Shown here: one piece after another, positions 1-10,065 of the stretch | Layout of the letters: each line of letters begins with the position of its first letter | How positions within the stretch are numbered: position 1 is the stretch's first letter | DNA from: Pseudomonadota bacterium | Lineage (GTDB): Bacteria > Pseudomonadota > Gammaproteobacteria > JAKAQQ01 | DNA: 64,000 bases | Assembly: GCA_027320085.1 (NCBI GenBank) | Contig: DAHVLZ010000009.1 | Coordinates: 96,001-160,000, forward strand | Reading direction: 5' to 3' | Program-made: the position numbers and the translations under genes | The notes under the pieces: model-generated | The model's input: the letters and a program-made list of their open reading frames with translations, nothing else | What the model was told of the DNA's origin: nothing | The model's database searches: none

Positions 1-387
1 ATCGGAGGCGAGTGCAGCCACTGCGTTCCGGAGTTCACCATCGGTCAGCGTGACCCGGAGTCCCTCTTCGTTGCGAAAGACGAGGGCAAGCCCCCCGGAT
101 CGCGCGGTTTCCACAAGTTGTCGTGCGTAGTTGAGCCGGACGCCCTCGAACCAGCGAGTCTCCGGCATGGCTCCCGCGCAGATTTGCCGGGGGCGACCAT
201 CGAAAAGGGTCCCGAAAAAATCCGCCACGGCCGGCCAGAAACGTTCCGGATGGTCGATCGACCATTGCCAGAGTGAGGCATAGTCCGACCCGACCGCTTC
301 GCCACTCTGGGCCAGGTTTTTTTGGAAGCGAGCAAGTGCACTCCGTTCCCGCTCATAAGAACCCGGGGTCCAGAGGACTTCGCTCAA
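1..387 (-). CDS. acetoacetate--CoA ligase (acetoacetyl-CoA synthetase), 5' part, runs off the window edge
   Basis: Not in ORF track. Manual translation from TTG at 387 (TTGA overlap with etfA stop): MSEVLWTPG...[17 protein letters not shown]...[15 protein letters not shown], typical AACS N-terminus. Confidence 0.85.
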   Translation of the reverse strand, partial: MSEVLWTPGSYERERSALARFQKNLAQSGEAVGSDYASLWQWSIDHPERFWPAVADFFGTLFDGRPRQICAGAMPETRWFEGVRLNYARQLVETARSGGLALVFRNEEGLRVTLTDGELRNAVAALASD

Positions 388-1358
388 CGACCAATACCCT
401 GCCGTTCGAGCTCGGCCAGAAGATCCGGGATCACCGCAAAGAGATCTCCCACCAGCCCGAAGTCCGCCACCTTGAAAATCGGCGCCTCGGGGTCCTTGTT
501 CACGGCCACGATGGTTCCAGCATCGCGGATGCCGGTCAGGTGCTGGATCGCGCCCGAGATTCCAAAAGCCATATAGAGTTCAGGTGCGATGATCTTGCCC
601 GTCTGCCCCACCTGGAGATCGTTCGGTGCATAGCCCGCATCCACTGCCGCCCGCGAGGCACCGATCGCCGCATTGAGGCGGTCGGCCAGCTTCTCGAGCA
701 GTGCGAAGTTCTCACGGCTGCCGAATGACCGTCCCCCGGAGACCACCCGCCGGGCCGACTGGAGATCCGGCCGGGCACTGGAATCGAGTTCGAGCCCCAC
801 AAACCGGGCGTCGGCCGGGATCTCGGCGGGCACGGCCATCCTCTCAACCGGTGCCGGCGCGGCATCCTTCTGGGCGACCGCGGGTTTCCACGAGGCAAGT
901 CGGGCCGTGAGCAGGACCGGGATCCCGTCCGGAACACGGACCACGGTATGGACGTTGCCGGCATAGAGGCCACGCTTGAAGCGTCTTGGTGCGAGAACTT
1001 CGAGTACATCGCTCACGGCCGGCGCCCCCACGAATCCTGCGAGATGCGGCAGGACATCCCGACCGAAACTGGTTCCCGGCATGAGAAAGTGGCTGTAATC
1101 CCCGGCGCGAGATCCGACCAGCGCAGTGACCACAGAGGCAGTGGGATGGACCAGGCGCGGGTCATCGAAGACCAGGTGTTTCCGGATACCAGTCAGGGTT
1201 CCCGCCTGTCCGAGCAGGGGATCCAGGCCGGCACCGATCCAGGCGATATCAACCGGACCGGTCCCGATCTTGCGGGCAAGAGTCAGGGTTTTCAGGGTCG
1301 GTTCGGCGACGGGCGCCTGGCTGTCCTGTGCCTCGGCAATGACCAGGGTCGCGTCCAT
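384..1358 (-). CDS. etfA: electron transfer flavoprotein alpha subunit
   Basis: [51 protein letters not shown] motifs. Confidence 0.97.
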   Translation of the reverse strand: MDATLVIAEAQDSQAPVAEPTLKTLTLARKIGTGPVDIAWIGAGLDPLLGQAGTLTGIRKHLVFDDPRLVHPTASVVTALVGSRAGDYSHFLMPGTSFGRDVLPHLAGFVGAPAVSDVLEVLAPRRFKRGLYAGNVHTVVRVPDGIPVLLTARLASWKPAVAQKDAAPAPVERMAVPAEIPADARFVGLELDSSARPDLQSARRVVSGGRSFGSRENFALLEKLADRLNAAIGASRAAVDAGYAPNDLQVGQTGKIIAPELYMAFGISGAIQHLTGIRDAGTIVAVNKDPEAPIFKVADFGLVGDLFAVIPDLLAELERQGIGR

Positions 1359-2110
1359 CAGAGTACCCCCCGATCGTGGAGCCGGGTCACGAGTTCCGAA
1401 ACCGACTCGACACGAAGTCCGGCCTCACGCTCCGGTGGCGGGAGGTAGCTTTCCACCTCAAGGCGCGGGAGAGTGAACCCGAACCCGTCGAACGGGCGTT
1501 TTTCAAGTGGTTTCTGGCGCGCTTTCATGATATCGGGCATCTTGATGAAGCGGGGCGTGTTGAGTCGAAGGTCGGTCGTGATCACGGCAGGCAGATCGAT
1601 CTCCACTGTCTCGAGGCCGTGATCCACTTCACGGACTGCTTGTGCCCGGCCTCCGGCCAGCGTGAGCTTCGAGACAAAGGTCGCCTGCGGTCGTCCCCAG
1701 AGGGCGGCCAGCATGGGGCCCGTCTGGCCGCAATCGTCATCGATCGCCTGCTTGCCCAAGATGACGAGTCCCGGCTCGATCTCCCGGACGAGATGATGGA
1801 GGACATGGGCGACCTCGAGCGGCCCGATCTCCCGGGAGGCCTCGATATGGATCGCCCGGTCCGCCCCCATGGCCAACAGGCTCCGGATCTGGGATTCGGC
1901 TTCGTGCGGACCCACCGTCGCCACCACCACCTCGGACACCTCGCCCCGTTCGCGGATCCGGAGCGCCTCCTCAAGCGCGATTTCGTCGAATGGATTGACG
2001 GACATCTTGACGCCATCGGTCACGACCCCCGAATGGTCGGGCTTGAGACGGACCCGTACGCTGTAGTCGACGACCCGCTTCGCGGCCACCAGGATCTTGA
2101 TCGGATTCAT
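1358..2110 (-). CDS. etfB: electron transfer flavoprotein beta subunit
   Basis: KRVVDY, NPFDEIALEEA, AMGADRA, GKQAIDDD, DLRLNTPR motifs; adjacent to etfA. Confidence 0.97.
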   Translation of the reverse strand: MNPIKILVAAKRVVDYSVRVRLKPDHSGVVTDGVKMSVNPFDEIALEEALRIRERGEVSEVVVATVGPHEAESQIRSLLAMGADRAIHIEASREIGPLEVAHVLHHLVREIEPGLVILGKQAIDDDCGQTGPMLAALWGRPQATFVSKLTLAGGRAQAVREVDHGLETVEIDLPAVITTDLRLNTPRFIKMPDIMKARQKPLEKRPFDGFGFTLPRLEVESYLPPPEREAGLRVESVSELVTRLHDRGVL

Positions 2111-2119
2111 GACACTCCT

Positions 2120-3718
2120 TCAGAGGTTGGCGTAGTTCGGACCCGAGCCCCCATCGGGCGGGACCCAGGTGATCTGTTCGAAGGGATCCTTGATGTCGCA
2201 GGCCTTGCAGTGGACGCAGTTCGCGGCATTGACCTGGAGACGCGGCCCGCTCCCATCGGTCACGATCTCGTAGACACCGGCCGGACAGAAACGGGTACAG
2301 GGATTGCCAAAACGGGCCCTGCATTCACTGACACAGAGGGTAGTGTCCGCAATCCGGAGATGGACTGGCTGGTTTTCTTCATGGTGGAGCGCCGCCTGGT
2401 CGACAAAGGCGAGGCGGTCTGGGGGGGGCAGCGTGCGAGGCCTGCAGCGGGGCGCCTTGCCCTTGACGGCACCGCGCGGCCGGAGACTCTTCCAGTCATG
2501 GGCATTGGAAAGTGTCCAAGGCGCCCGTCCGCCCGTGACCGTCTCGAAAGCGGCATTGGCCAGTCCGGCCCAGAGTCCCGTCCTGAACCCCGGCCGGATG
2601 TTGCGCACCCGCCAGAGTTCACGGCCCATATCCGATTGCCGGAAGCACTGATCAAAGCCTTGGGGGCTTCCGGTCCGTGCCAGGTGCTCGGCCGCCTGGA
2701 TCCCCGAGCCCAACGCCATGTGAACCCCCTTGATCTTGGGGACGTTCAAGGTTCCCGCGGCGTCCCCCACGAGAAGCCCGCCCGGCATCTCGAGCGTGGG
2801 CAGAGCCGGATACCCGCCCTCGATGAGGCTCCGCGCCCCCGCGGACAGTATTTCGCCGCCCTCAAAGAGGCCCACGAGACTCGGGTGGTGCTTGAACTGC
2901 TGGAAGACCTCGAAGGGGGAAAAATCGGGATCGCCGTAATCGAGCCCCACAACAAAACCGACCGCCAGGCGATCCCGGTCGAGGTGATAGACGAAGCCGC
3001 CCCCATAGAGATCGGAGGGGAGCGGCCAACCCACGGTATGGAGAACGGTGCCGGGGACGGTCCGGCCGGGTGGAAGCTGCCAGAGTTCCTTGAGACCGAG
3101 CGCGTAGGTCTGCGGGCTTCTCCCCTGGTCCAGTCCAAAATGCCGGATGAGGATCTTGGAAAGACTCCCCCGGCAACCCTCGGCCAGGACGGTCACACCG
3201 GCCCGGACCTCGACTCCCGGAGAGAAGTTCGGGCCCTCCGCTCCATCCCGGGTCCGCCCGAGATCGCCCACTCGGACCCCCGCCAGGGCTCCCGCCCCGT
3301 CCCAGAGCGGCTGGACGGCGGAAAAACCGGGGAAGATCTCGACACCGAGAGCCTCCGCTGCCGCCCCCAACCGACGCACGAGCGCACCCAGTGAGACGAT
3401 CCAGTTGCCCGCATTGTGCATCTGGGGCGGCGTGGGGAGTCTATAGCTGTGTTCGTAGCCGAGATAGGCGAAACGGTCCCGCGTGACGGGTACCTGGATG
3501 TCGAGCGGGTCGTCCCGCCAGCCGGGGAGGAGCTGGTCGACAAAGCGGGGCTCGATCACAGCCCCCGAAAGGCTGTGGGCCCCGAGGCTCGCCGCCTTCT
3601 CAAGCACGGCCACTGAAAGCTCCGGCTTCTCACGCTTGAGCGTGAGCGCGCAGGCCAGTCCGGCCGGACCCGCGCCGATGATGAGCACATCGTAGCGGAG
3701 ACTGTCAGTATCGGCCAC
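2120..3718 (-). CDS. ETF-ubiquinone oxidoreductase
   Basis: GAGPAG FAD motif, HSLSGAV, PKIKGVH, C-terminal RFCPAGVYE...NCVHCKACDIKDP...GPNY 4Fe-4S domain. Confidence 0.96.
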   Translation of the reverse strand: MADTDSLRYDVLIIGAGPAGLACALTLKREKPELSVAVLEKAASLGAHSLSGAVIEPRFVDQLLPGWRDDPLDIQVPVTRDRFAYLGYEHSYRLPTPPQMHNAGNWIVSLGALVRRLGAAAEALGVEIFPGFSAVQPLWDGAGALAGVRVGDLGRTRDGAEGPNFSPGVEVRAGVTVLAEGCRGSLSKILIRHFGLDQGRSPQTYALGLKELWQLPPGRTVPGTVLHTVGWPLPSDLYGGGFVYHLDRDRLAVGFVVGLDYGDPDFSPFEVFQQFKHHPSLVGLFEGGEILSAGARSLIEGGYPALPTLEMPGGLLVGDAAGTLNVPKIKGVHMALGSGIQAAEHLARTGSPQGFDQCFRQSDMGRELWRVRNIRPGFRTGLWAGLANAAFETVTGGRAPWTLSNAHDWKSLRPRGAVKGKAPRCRPRTLPPPDRLAFVDQAALHHEENQPVHLRIADTTLCVSECRARFGNPCTRFCPAGVYEIVTDGSGPRLQVNAANCVHCKACDIKDPFEQITWVPPDGGSGPNYANL

Positions 3719-3727
3719 GGGACCGGT

Positions 3728-4495
3728 TCACTTGGGTTGCATGCGGACGGCGCCATCCAGCCGGATCGTGGTACCGTTCAACATGGGGTTTTCGACGATG
3801 GACCGGACGAGATCGGCGTATTCCGCTGGGCGACCGAGACGCGACGGGAAAGGCACCTGGGCGCCCAAGGAGGCTTGGAGTTCAGGCGTCATGCCGGCCA
3901 CCATCGGGGTCTCGAAAATACCGGGAGCGATCGTGACCACACGGATCCCGATCCGGGCAAACTCGCGCGCCAGGGGCAAGGTCATGCCGACTATCCCTCC
4001 TTTCGAGGCCGAATAGGCTGCCTGCCCGATCTGGCCCTCGAAGGCGGCCACCGAGGCGGTGAGCACAATCACCCCCCGCTCGCCCTCCCCGTTTGGGGTC
4101 TGCGACTGCATGTACTGGGCGGCCCCTTTCACCAGAAAAAAGGATCCCAAGAGATTGATGGCGATCGTTCGGGAAAAGTGCTCGCCTTTCATCGGACCTT
4201 CGCGTCCGAGCGCGCGTCCGGCCCCGATGACGCCGGCACAGGAGACGACGAGATCGAAGCCACCCAGAAACTCCTGGGCACGAAGCAAGGCCTGGTCAAC
4301 AGATCGCTCGTCACTCACGTCGGTGGGCAGGAAGCGCACGCGCCCCGCCCACTCCCGCTCCGCCCGTTCCCCCTTCTCCCGATCGACATCGAGAATCGCG
4401 ACTTTTCCTCCGTCGACCACCACCCGTTCAGAAACGGCCCGGCCCAGCCCGGAGGCTCCGCCCGTCACAACTGCCCGCAAGTCTTGAGATCGCAT
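3728..4495 (-). CDS. SDR family 3-hydroxyacyl-CoA dehydrogenase type II
   Basis: TGGASGLG, ASVAAFEGQIGQAAYSASKGG, FPSRLGRP, IRLDGAVRM. Confidence 0.93.
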   Translation of the reverse strand: MRSQDLRAVVTGGASGLGRAVSERVVVDGGKVAILDVDREKGERAEREWAGRVRFLPTDVSDERSVDQALLRAQEFLGGFDLVVSCAGVIGAGRALGREGPMKGEHFSRTIAINLLGSFFLVKGAAQYMQSQTPNGEGERGVIVLTASVAAFEGQIGQAAYSASKGGIVGMTLPLAREFARIGIRVVTIAPGIFETPMVAGMTPELQASLGAQVPFPSRLGRPAEYADLVRSIVENPMLNGTTIRLDGAVRMQPK

Positions 4496-4540
4496 CGCCC
4501 GAGGCTCCTCTCATGGAACGGTGAATGTTTTCCATTTCAA

Positions 4541-5452
4541 TTATAAGGGAGAGCTCGCCTTCACCGTGATCCGCACGATCTCGCGGAGCGCCTCGCGCCA
4601 GTGGATGGGCTCAAGCCCGGTCCGGGCGATCGTTTCCGATTTGTCGAGGACCGCCTGGAAAGGGCGTCGGGCAGGCAATGGGTATGCCTCGGTGGGAATC
4701 GGGTGGATCGGGACACGGCGCTCGAGAAGACCTGCATTCCGGGCCTCTTCCTCGATCGCACAGGCAAAATCGTACCAGCTCGCGACTCCGGCATCGCTCC
4801 AGTGCAGGATGCCGGAAAGATCGTCACGCAGCGCCACCGACCAGAGAAAGCGGGCCAGCGAGAGGGCCGAGGTGGGCGTACCCACTTGGTCGTCGATCAC
4901 CCGGAGTTCGGGCTGTTCACCCAGGAGACGCAGGATGGTGCGGAAAAAGTTGTTCCCCCAAGGGGCATAGACCCAGCCGGTCCGGACGATCAGGGCCGAC
5001 AAATCTCCGAGTGCCTGGATGGCTTTTTCTCCCTCGGCCTTGCTTTCACCATAGCGGTTGACCGGCCTTGGACAATCTTCAGGTCGCCACGGCCGACCAC
5101 GATCGCCCGGAAACACGAAATCGGTTGAGACATGAACCAACCGGATGCCTTCCGTCCGAGCGAGTCGGGCCAATTCCGCGGTCGCCTCCACATTGACCGC
5201 CCGTGCCTGTTCGAACTCACGCTCGGCACGGTCGACGGCCGTATAGGCGGCCGCATTGAGGATGAGGCCCGGGTTTGAAGTTCTCAGGGCCGATTCGATA
5301 TCCGAACGGCAGGTCAGGTCCAGATCATCCCGGGCGAAACGGATAACCTCGACCCCAGAAGGACGGAGCTCCCAGAGCGCCCGGCCGAGCTGTCCTCCGG
5401 CGCCCAGGAGGAGAACCCGGCCAGTTAAGGGGTCAACCGTGCGATTCTTCAA
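4541..5452 (-). CDS. rfbD: dTDP-4-dehydrorhamnose reductase
   Basis: [38 protein letters not shown]. Start uncertain; TTG at 5452 chosen instead of the ORF-track 5653, which lies deep inside rfbA. Confidence 0.93.
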   Translation of the reverse strand: MKNRTVDPLTGRVLLLGAGGQLGRALWELRPSGVEVIRFARDDLDLTCRSDIESALRTSNPGLILNAAAYTAVDRAEREFEQARAVNVEATAELARLARTEGIRLVHVSTDFVFPGDRGRPWRPEDCPRPVNRYGESKAEGEKAIQALGDLSALIVRTGWVYAPWGNNFFRTILRLLGEQPELRVIDDQVGTPTSALSLARFLWSVALRDDLSGILHWSDAGVASWYDFACAIEEEARNAGLLERRVPIHPIPTEAYPLPARRPFQAVLDKSETIARTGLEPIHWREALREIVRITVKASSPL

Positions 5453-6314
5453 GGAGGCGAAGGAGGTATTGGCCGTAGCCGTTCTTGAGAAGTGGCGTGG
5501 CGAGATGCTCAAGCTGCTTGCCATCGATGAATCCCTGCCGGAACGCCACCTCCTCGGGGCAGGCCACCTTGAGTCCCTGACGCGCTTCAAGTGTCTCGAT
5601 GAAGTTCGCGGCCTGCAGCAGAGACTCGGGGGTTCCGGTGTCAAGCCAGGCAATCCCGCGCTCGAGACGCTCGACCGAGAGTTTTCCCTCGGCCAGATAA
5701 CGGTTGTTGAGATCGGTGATCTCGAGTTCGCCCCGTGCGGAGGGGACCAGTCGGGCCGCGTGCTCTGCCACCGACCCGTCGTAAAAGTAGAGACCGGTCA
5801 CGGCATAGTGTGAGCGCGGCCGGGCTGGCTTTTCCTCGATGCCGCGCGCGTGGCCGTTCTGATCGAAATCCACCACCCCGTAACGTTCGGGGTCACTCAC
5901 ATAGTAGGCAAAGACGGTCGCACCCTGGGTTCGTTCCGCGGCTCGACCGAGGGTCTGGGTCAGGCCCTGACCGTAGAAAATGTTGTCCCCAAGGATCAGG
6001 GCGACCGGGCTTCCCTCGACAAAGGAGCGGGCAATCAGGAACGCCTGCGCAAGCCCCCCCGGATGGGGCTGCTCGGCATAGCGGATCTCAAGTCCCCACT
6101 GGGTGCCATCGCCGAGCAATGCCCGATAGCTGGGGAGGTCCCTGGGCGTCGAGATCAGGAGAATCTCCCGGATCCCGGTCAACATGAGCGTGGTCAGCGG
6201 ATAGTAGACGAGCGGCTTGTCGAACACCGGCAGGAGCTGTTTGCTCACGACATGGGTGATCGGATAGAGGCGGGTCCCGGAACCGCCTGCCAGAATGATG
6301 CCCCGGCGGATCAC
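5433..6314 (-). CDS. rfbA: glucose-1-phosphate thymidylyltransferase
   Basis: [48 protein letters not shown]. Confidence 0.98.
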   Translation of the reverse strand: MIRRGIILAGGSGTRLYPITHVVSKQLLPVFDKPLVYYPLTTLMLTGIREILLISTPRDLPSYRALLGDGTQWGLEIRYAEQPHPGGLAQAFLIARSFVEGSPVALILGDNIFYGQGLTQTLGRAAERTQGATVFAYYVSDPERYGVVDFDQNGHARGIEEKPARPRSHYAVTGLYFYDGSVAEHAARLVPSARGELEITDLNNRYLAEGKLSVERLERGIAWLDTGTPESLLQAANFIETLEARQGLKVACPEEVAFRQGFIDGKQLEHLATPLLKNGYGQYLLRLLEESHG

Positions 6315-6353
6315 GGGACCTGAGATGCCAGGATCCGAGAGGTGGGGTGCATA

Positions 6354-8312
6354 TCAGTTCTCCCGGTGAGATGGAATCCGGTTCACCACCAAGGGGATCA
6401 CGACCCCACGGCCGGCTTCTTCTTCCCTAGGTTCCGCCCTGTGGAAATCCCCATGGGTCAGGCGGGTGAGCTCCCCGATCAGCTCCGTTCGGGTTGCGGG
6501 CATCAGCCGGGCAGACCAGAGTTCGAGATCCCGCTTGAGGGACGTCCAGTCCGAATGGGTTTCGCCCTGGGCCAAAAACAGCTTGGGATGGTCCGTCATC
6601 AGCCGACGCTCATTTTCATAGAAAAGCTGTTCCGCAAGTTTTTCGCCCGGGCGCAAGCCGATGTAGACAATCTCCATGTCGATCCCCAGGCGGTGGCCGG
6701 ACAGCTCGATCATTTGTTCCGCAAGATCCCGGATCCGAATGGGATTCCCCATGTCCAAGACAAAAATTCCAGCACCCAGGCGCGAGGTCGCAGCTTCGAG
6801 AACCAGGTGGACGGCCTCCGAGATGGTCATGAAGTAGCGCCTGACCTCGGGATGGGTGACAGTTACCGGGCCCCCGGCCTTGATCTGTGCCCGGAAGAGG
6901 GGGACCACCGATCCCATGGAATCGAGGACGTTGCCAAAACGGACGGTCATGAATTCCGTTCTGCCCTGTCCATTTAGGGCCAAAACGATCCGCTCGGCCA
7001 GCCGCTTCGTGGCGCCCATGATGTTCGCAGGCCAGACCGCCTTGTCGGTCGAAACCAGCATAAACCGGTCCACCGAATGGCGGATGGCCATTTCAGCCAT
7101 GTTCTTGGTCCCGAATACATTGTTCCGGATTCCGGCCACCGGATTTTCCTCGACCAAAGTCACATGTTTGTAGGCCGCGGCATGGAAAACCACCTCCGGG
7201 TGAGTCTCGCGGAACACACCATCCATCGCCTCGGCCGAGGTGACATCGGTTAGACGACCCTCGATCCGGGCTCCGGCCAGCGGACTCAGCTCGGCCAAGA
7301 TCCGGTAGAGATTGTATTCCGCATGATCCACGAGGATCAGCCGATCCACGCCAAGACTCAAGAGCTGACGGCAGATCTCGGAGCCTATCGAACCGCCGGC
7401 ACCGGTGACCAGGATCCGTTTCCCACCAAAAAAGTTCTGCAAGGCCGAAGACTGCATGACAACCGGTTCGCGCCCCAGCAAATCCTCGACCGAAACCGGT
7501 CTCAACCGCTCGACGGTAATCCGCTGGTTGATGAGTTCGCTCAGGCGGGGCAGCGTCCAGCAGGTCACCTGAAGAGTCTGACAGATCTGCACGACCTGCT
7601 GCAGGAGTCTCCGGGGTGCGGAGGGCATGGCGTAGATCACGATTTGAGCCCGCACCTCCTGGATGACCCTTGACAGTTCGTTGACCGTGCCGAGAACTGG
7701 CACTCCCTGGAGGGCACGACCCTGCTTGGCCGGATCGTCATCCACGAAAGCGACCGGCACATAGGTCCGGTCATCGCGCAGGTCGCGAAGCAGAAGCTCC
7801 GCCGCGACACCCGCTCCGACCAGAACCGCCCGCTGACCCGTCCTCTGGAAGAAAAGACCCCGTCGCTCCTTCCAGATGCGATACCCCAGACGGCCCGCCC
7901 CCAGGCCGATCAGCAACAGAAGGGGCTGCAGGACCAGAAAGCCCCGTGGCAGCCGTTCCAGGTCGTCGATGAAGGTGATCGCGCCCAGTGTGAGCAGCGC
8001 GCCCAAAGCCACCGCTTCCGTCAGACGGATGAGATCAGGCAATGAGGCAAAACGCCAGATCCCCCGGTAGCACTTGAGGGCGTACAGGCTCAGGCTCTGG
8101 CACAGGAAGGTCACGCCCAGGTAAACCCACCAGCGGGACTCCAGAGACAAGTCCGCGAGATGCCTCCAGTCGACCCGGACGATCAGCGCCAGCGGGACAC
8201 TGATGAGGATCCAGAGCGAATCGTGAAAGAAAACGGAGAGGCGAAGGACGGAACGGTTCCGCCACCAGGCCCGGGGCTCGAAAGGTCGCTCGGACAGAGA
8301 GGGGCGGGTCAC
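6354..8312 (-). CDS. CapD/WbpM/PglF-like membrane-bound UDP-GlcNAc 4,6-dehydratase
   Basis: Four N-terminal TM segments, GAGxAA, EDLLGR, TGAGGSIGSE, HAAAYKHV, STDKAV, MGATK, GLRPGEKL. GTG at 8312 gives a GTGA overlap with the upstream stop. Confidence 0.93.
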   Translation of the reverse strand: MTRPSLSERPFEPRAWWRNRSVLRLSVFFHDSLWILISVPLALIVRVDWRHLADLSLESRWWVYLGVTFLCQSLSLYALKCYRGIWRFASLPDLIRLTEAVALGALLTLGAITFIDDLERLPRGFLVLQPLLLLIGLGAGRLGYRIWKERRGLFFQRTGQRAVLVGAGVAAELLLRDLRDDRTYVPVAFVDDDPAKQGRALQGVPVLGTVNELSRVIQEVRAQIVIYAMPSAPRRLLQQVVQICQTLQVTCWTLPRLSELINQRITVERLRPVSVEDLLGREPVVMQSSALQNFFGGKRILVTGAGGSIGSEICRQLLSLGVDRLILVDHAEYNLYRILAELSPLAGARIEGRLTDVTSAEAMDGVFRETHPEVVFHAAAYKHVTLVEENPVAGIRNNVFGTKNMAEMAIRHSVDRFMLVSTDKAVWPANIMGATKRLAERIVLALNGQGRTEFMTVRFGNVLDSMGSVVPLFRAQIKAGGPVTVTHPEVRRYFMTISEAVHLVLEAATSRLGAGIFVLDMGNPIRIRDLAEQMIELSGHRLGIDMEIVYIGLRPGEKLAEQLFYENERRLMTDHPKLFLAQGETHSDWTSLKRDLELWSARLMPATRTELIGELTRLTHGDFHRAEPREEEAGRGVVIPLVVNRIPSHREN

Positions 8313-8911
8313 CCGCAAAGGAGTCGCCTCACGGTCGCGACCACGACGCAACAGTCGCTTATGGGGGTCCTCTGTGCAGCGTAGCGCAAATTCATGCGGA
8401 TTTTCCTTGGCATGAGGTGCTTAATATACGTCTTTTCCGGATCCGCAGAGCGAGCCAGGATCCGGCCTTCATGCCGGAACACGATGCTCGCGGGGTCAGT
8501 CAGCCCGGGCGGAGACTCAAGGACCAACCGTTCTTCGGGTCGGTAATGTGCCACGTAGCAGGCGAGTTCCGGTCTGGGCCCCACCCAACTCATCTCGCCA
8601 CGGATGATATTGAGGAGTTGGGGCCATTCATCCATCCGGCTCCGGCGCAGCCATTTTCCCACCCACGTGATCTGGGGATCGGCCGGAACCGTCAAACCGT
8701 TCCGGAATTGTCCCGCCGGGAGGCGGGTCATGCTGCGGAATTTGAACAGCGGGAAGACACCCCCCCCCTGACCGACCCGCTCCTGGATAAAAAAGACCGG
8801 TGGCCCATCCGTAACCAGGATAGCCAGCGCAACCAACAACCCCGGCGGCAGGAGCAAGAAACCTGCGAGCGCCGCGAGCAGGCGTTCACCTGGGGAGACC
8901 TTGCGCTTCAT
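8309..8911 (-). CDS. PglC/WbaP-like initiating phosphoglycosyltransferase (bacterial sugar transferase)
   Basis: FIQERVG, FKFRSM, LRRSRMDEWPQL, GEMSWVGPRPE, PGLT. Confidence 0.93.
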   Translation of the reverse strand: MKRKVSPGERLLAALAGFLLLPPGLLVALAILVTDGPPVFFIQERVGQGGGVFPLFKFRSMTRLPAGQFRNGLTVPADPQITWVGKWLRRSRMDEWPQLLNIIRGEMSWVGPRPELACYVAHYRPEERLVLESPPGLTDPASIVFRHEGRILARSADPEKTYIKHLMPRKIRMNLRYAAQRTPISDCCVVVATVRRLLCG

Positions 8912-10065
8912 ACTCCGTGTTGACGAACGATGTCCAAAACTGCGTCAATGACGTCACTGACATCAGTATCTGACAGCCTGGGGTGCAGTGGCAAGCTCAG
9001 GATCCGGCGATAGGCCCCATCCGCCTGCGGGAAGTCTTCGGGTCGGAAACCGTAGCGGTCCCGATAAAACGGATGGAGATGAAGCGGGATGAAATGGACG
9101 GATGCCCCGATTCGACGCCGTCCCAGCTCTTCCACAAACTGGTCCCGACCGATTGACAGGCAGTCCGGCCGCAGTCGGAGCGGATACAAGTGACGGGCAT
9201 GTCGGATCCCCTCACGCGCTTTCATCGGTTCCAGAGCCGGGCATTCCCCAAAGGCCCGATCGTAGGCCAGAGACACCGCGTCCCGCCGCTTCTGGAAGGA
9301 TTCCAGCTTTTTGAGCTGAACAAGGCCCATGGCTGCCTGGGGATCGGTCAGGTTGTATTTGAAGCCAGCGGCCTCGATTTCATAAAACCACGCCCCTCCC
9401 TGGTGATAGCGCTTCCACGCATCCCGGTTCATGCCGTGGAGGGCCAAGGGTCGAGCCCGTGCAATCCGGGCCTCGTCTCCGGTCAGCATACCGCCTTCAC
9501 CCGTTGTGAGATTTTTCGTGGCATAAAAACTGAACGCAGTAAAGTGTTTCTCCGATCCGATCGGGTGCCCTCGGTATTCTGCGGCCAGCGCATGGGCCGC
9601 ATCGAAGACAAGCGCCAACCCATGCCCCTCGGCGAGATCCTGAAATCGTTCCATCTCGACGGGATGCCCCGCAAAATGCACCGGCAGGATAGCCCGGGTT
9701 CGGGGCGTGATTGCCCGCTCGACAGCCTCGGGGTCGAGATTCAGGGTATCTGCCTCCACATCGGCGAAAACCGGGCGCGCACCCACATGTTCGATGACAT
9801 TGGCTGTCGCCGCAAAAGTAAAGGGCGTCGTCACGACCTCGTCCCCAGGCTTGATGCCCAAAGCCACGAGGGCCAGATGGAGGGCTGCGGTGCAGGAAGA
9901 AACGGCCAGGGCAGCCTCGGCATCCACCGTCTTGGAGAACGTGTCCTCAAACTCCCGGACCCGGGGGCCGAGCGTGAGCCATCCGCTTCGGAGTGCCTCG
10001 GTTGCGGCCTGGATCTCCTCTTCGCCGATCGCGGGTGGGGAAAAGGGCAGGAACGCTTCTCTCAT
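8908..10065 (-). CDS. DegT/DnrJ/EryC1/StrS PLP-dependent sugar aminotransferase (PglE/ArnB-like)
   Basis: MREAFLPFSPP, SGWLTLGP, SSCTAALHLAL, DAAHA, SFYATKNLTTGEGG, GFKYNL. In the sequence as given it is in frame with the upstream GT (810 aa ORF). Confidence 0.93.
   Translation of the reverse strand: MREAFLPFSPPAIGEEEIQAATEALRSGWLTLGPRVREFEDTFSKTVDAEAALAVSSCTAALHLALVALGIKPGDEVVTTPFTFAATANVIEHVGARPVFADVEADTLNLDPEAVERAITPRTRAILPVHFAGHPVEMERFQDLAEGHGLALVFDAAHALAAEYRGHPIGSEKHFTAFSFYATKNLTTGEGGMLTGDEARIARARPLALHGMNRDAWKRYHQGGAWFYEIEAAGFKYNLTDPQAAMGLVQLKKLESFQKRRDAVSLAYDRAFGECPALEPMKAREGIRHARHLYPLRLRPDCLSIGRDQFVEELGRRRIGASVHFIPLHLHPFYRDRYGFRPEDFPQADGAYRRILSLPLHPRLSDTDVSDVIDAVLDIVRQHGV

Noticed and set aside
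1376-3394. 672 aa plus-strand ORF (and similar long ORFs at 15344-16720, 35994-37631, 56682-57971, 62680-63867)
   Set aside because: Antisense shadows of well-supported genes in GC-rich DNA; no recognisable motifs.
8760-8768. G9 tract in the sugar transferase as a phase-variation site
   Set aside because: In frame, and 9-mers also occur in adk (51888-51896) and pstA, so this length is background here.
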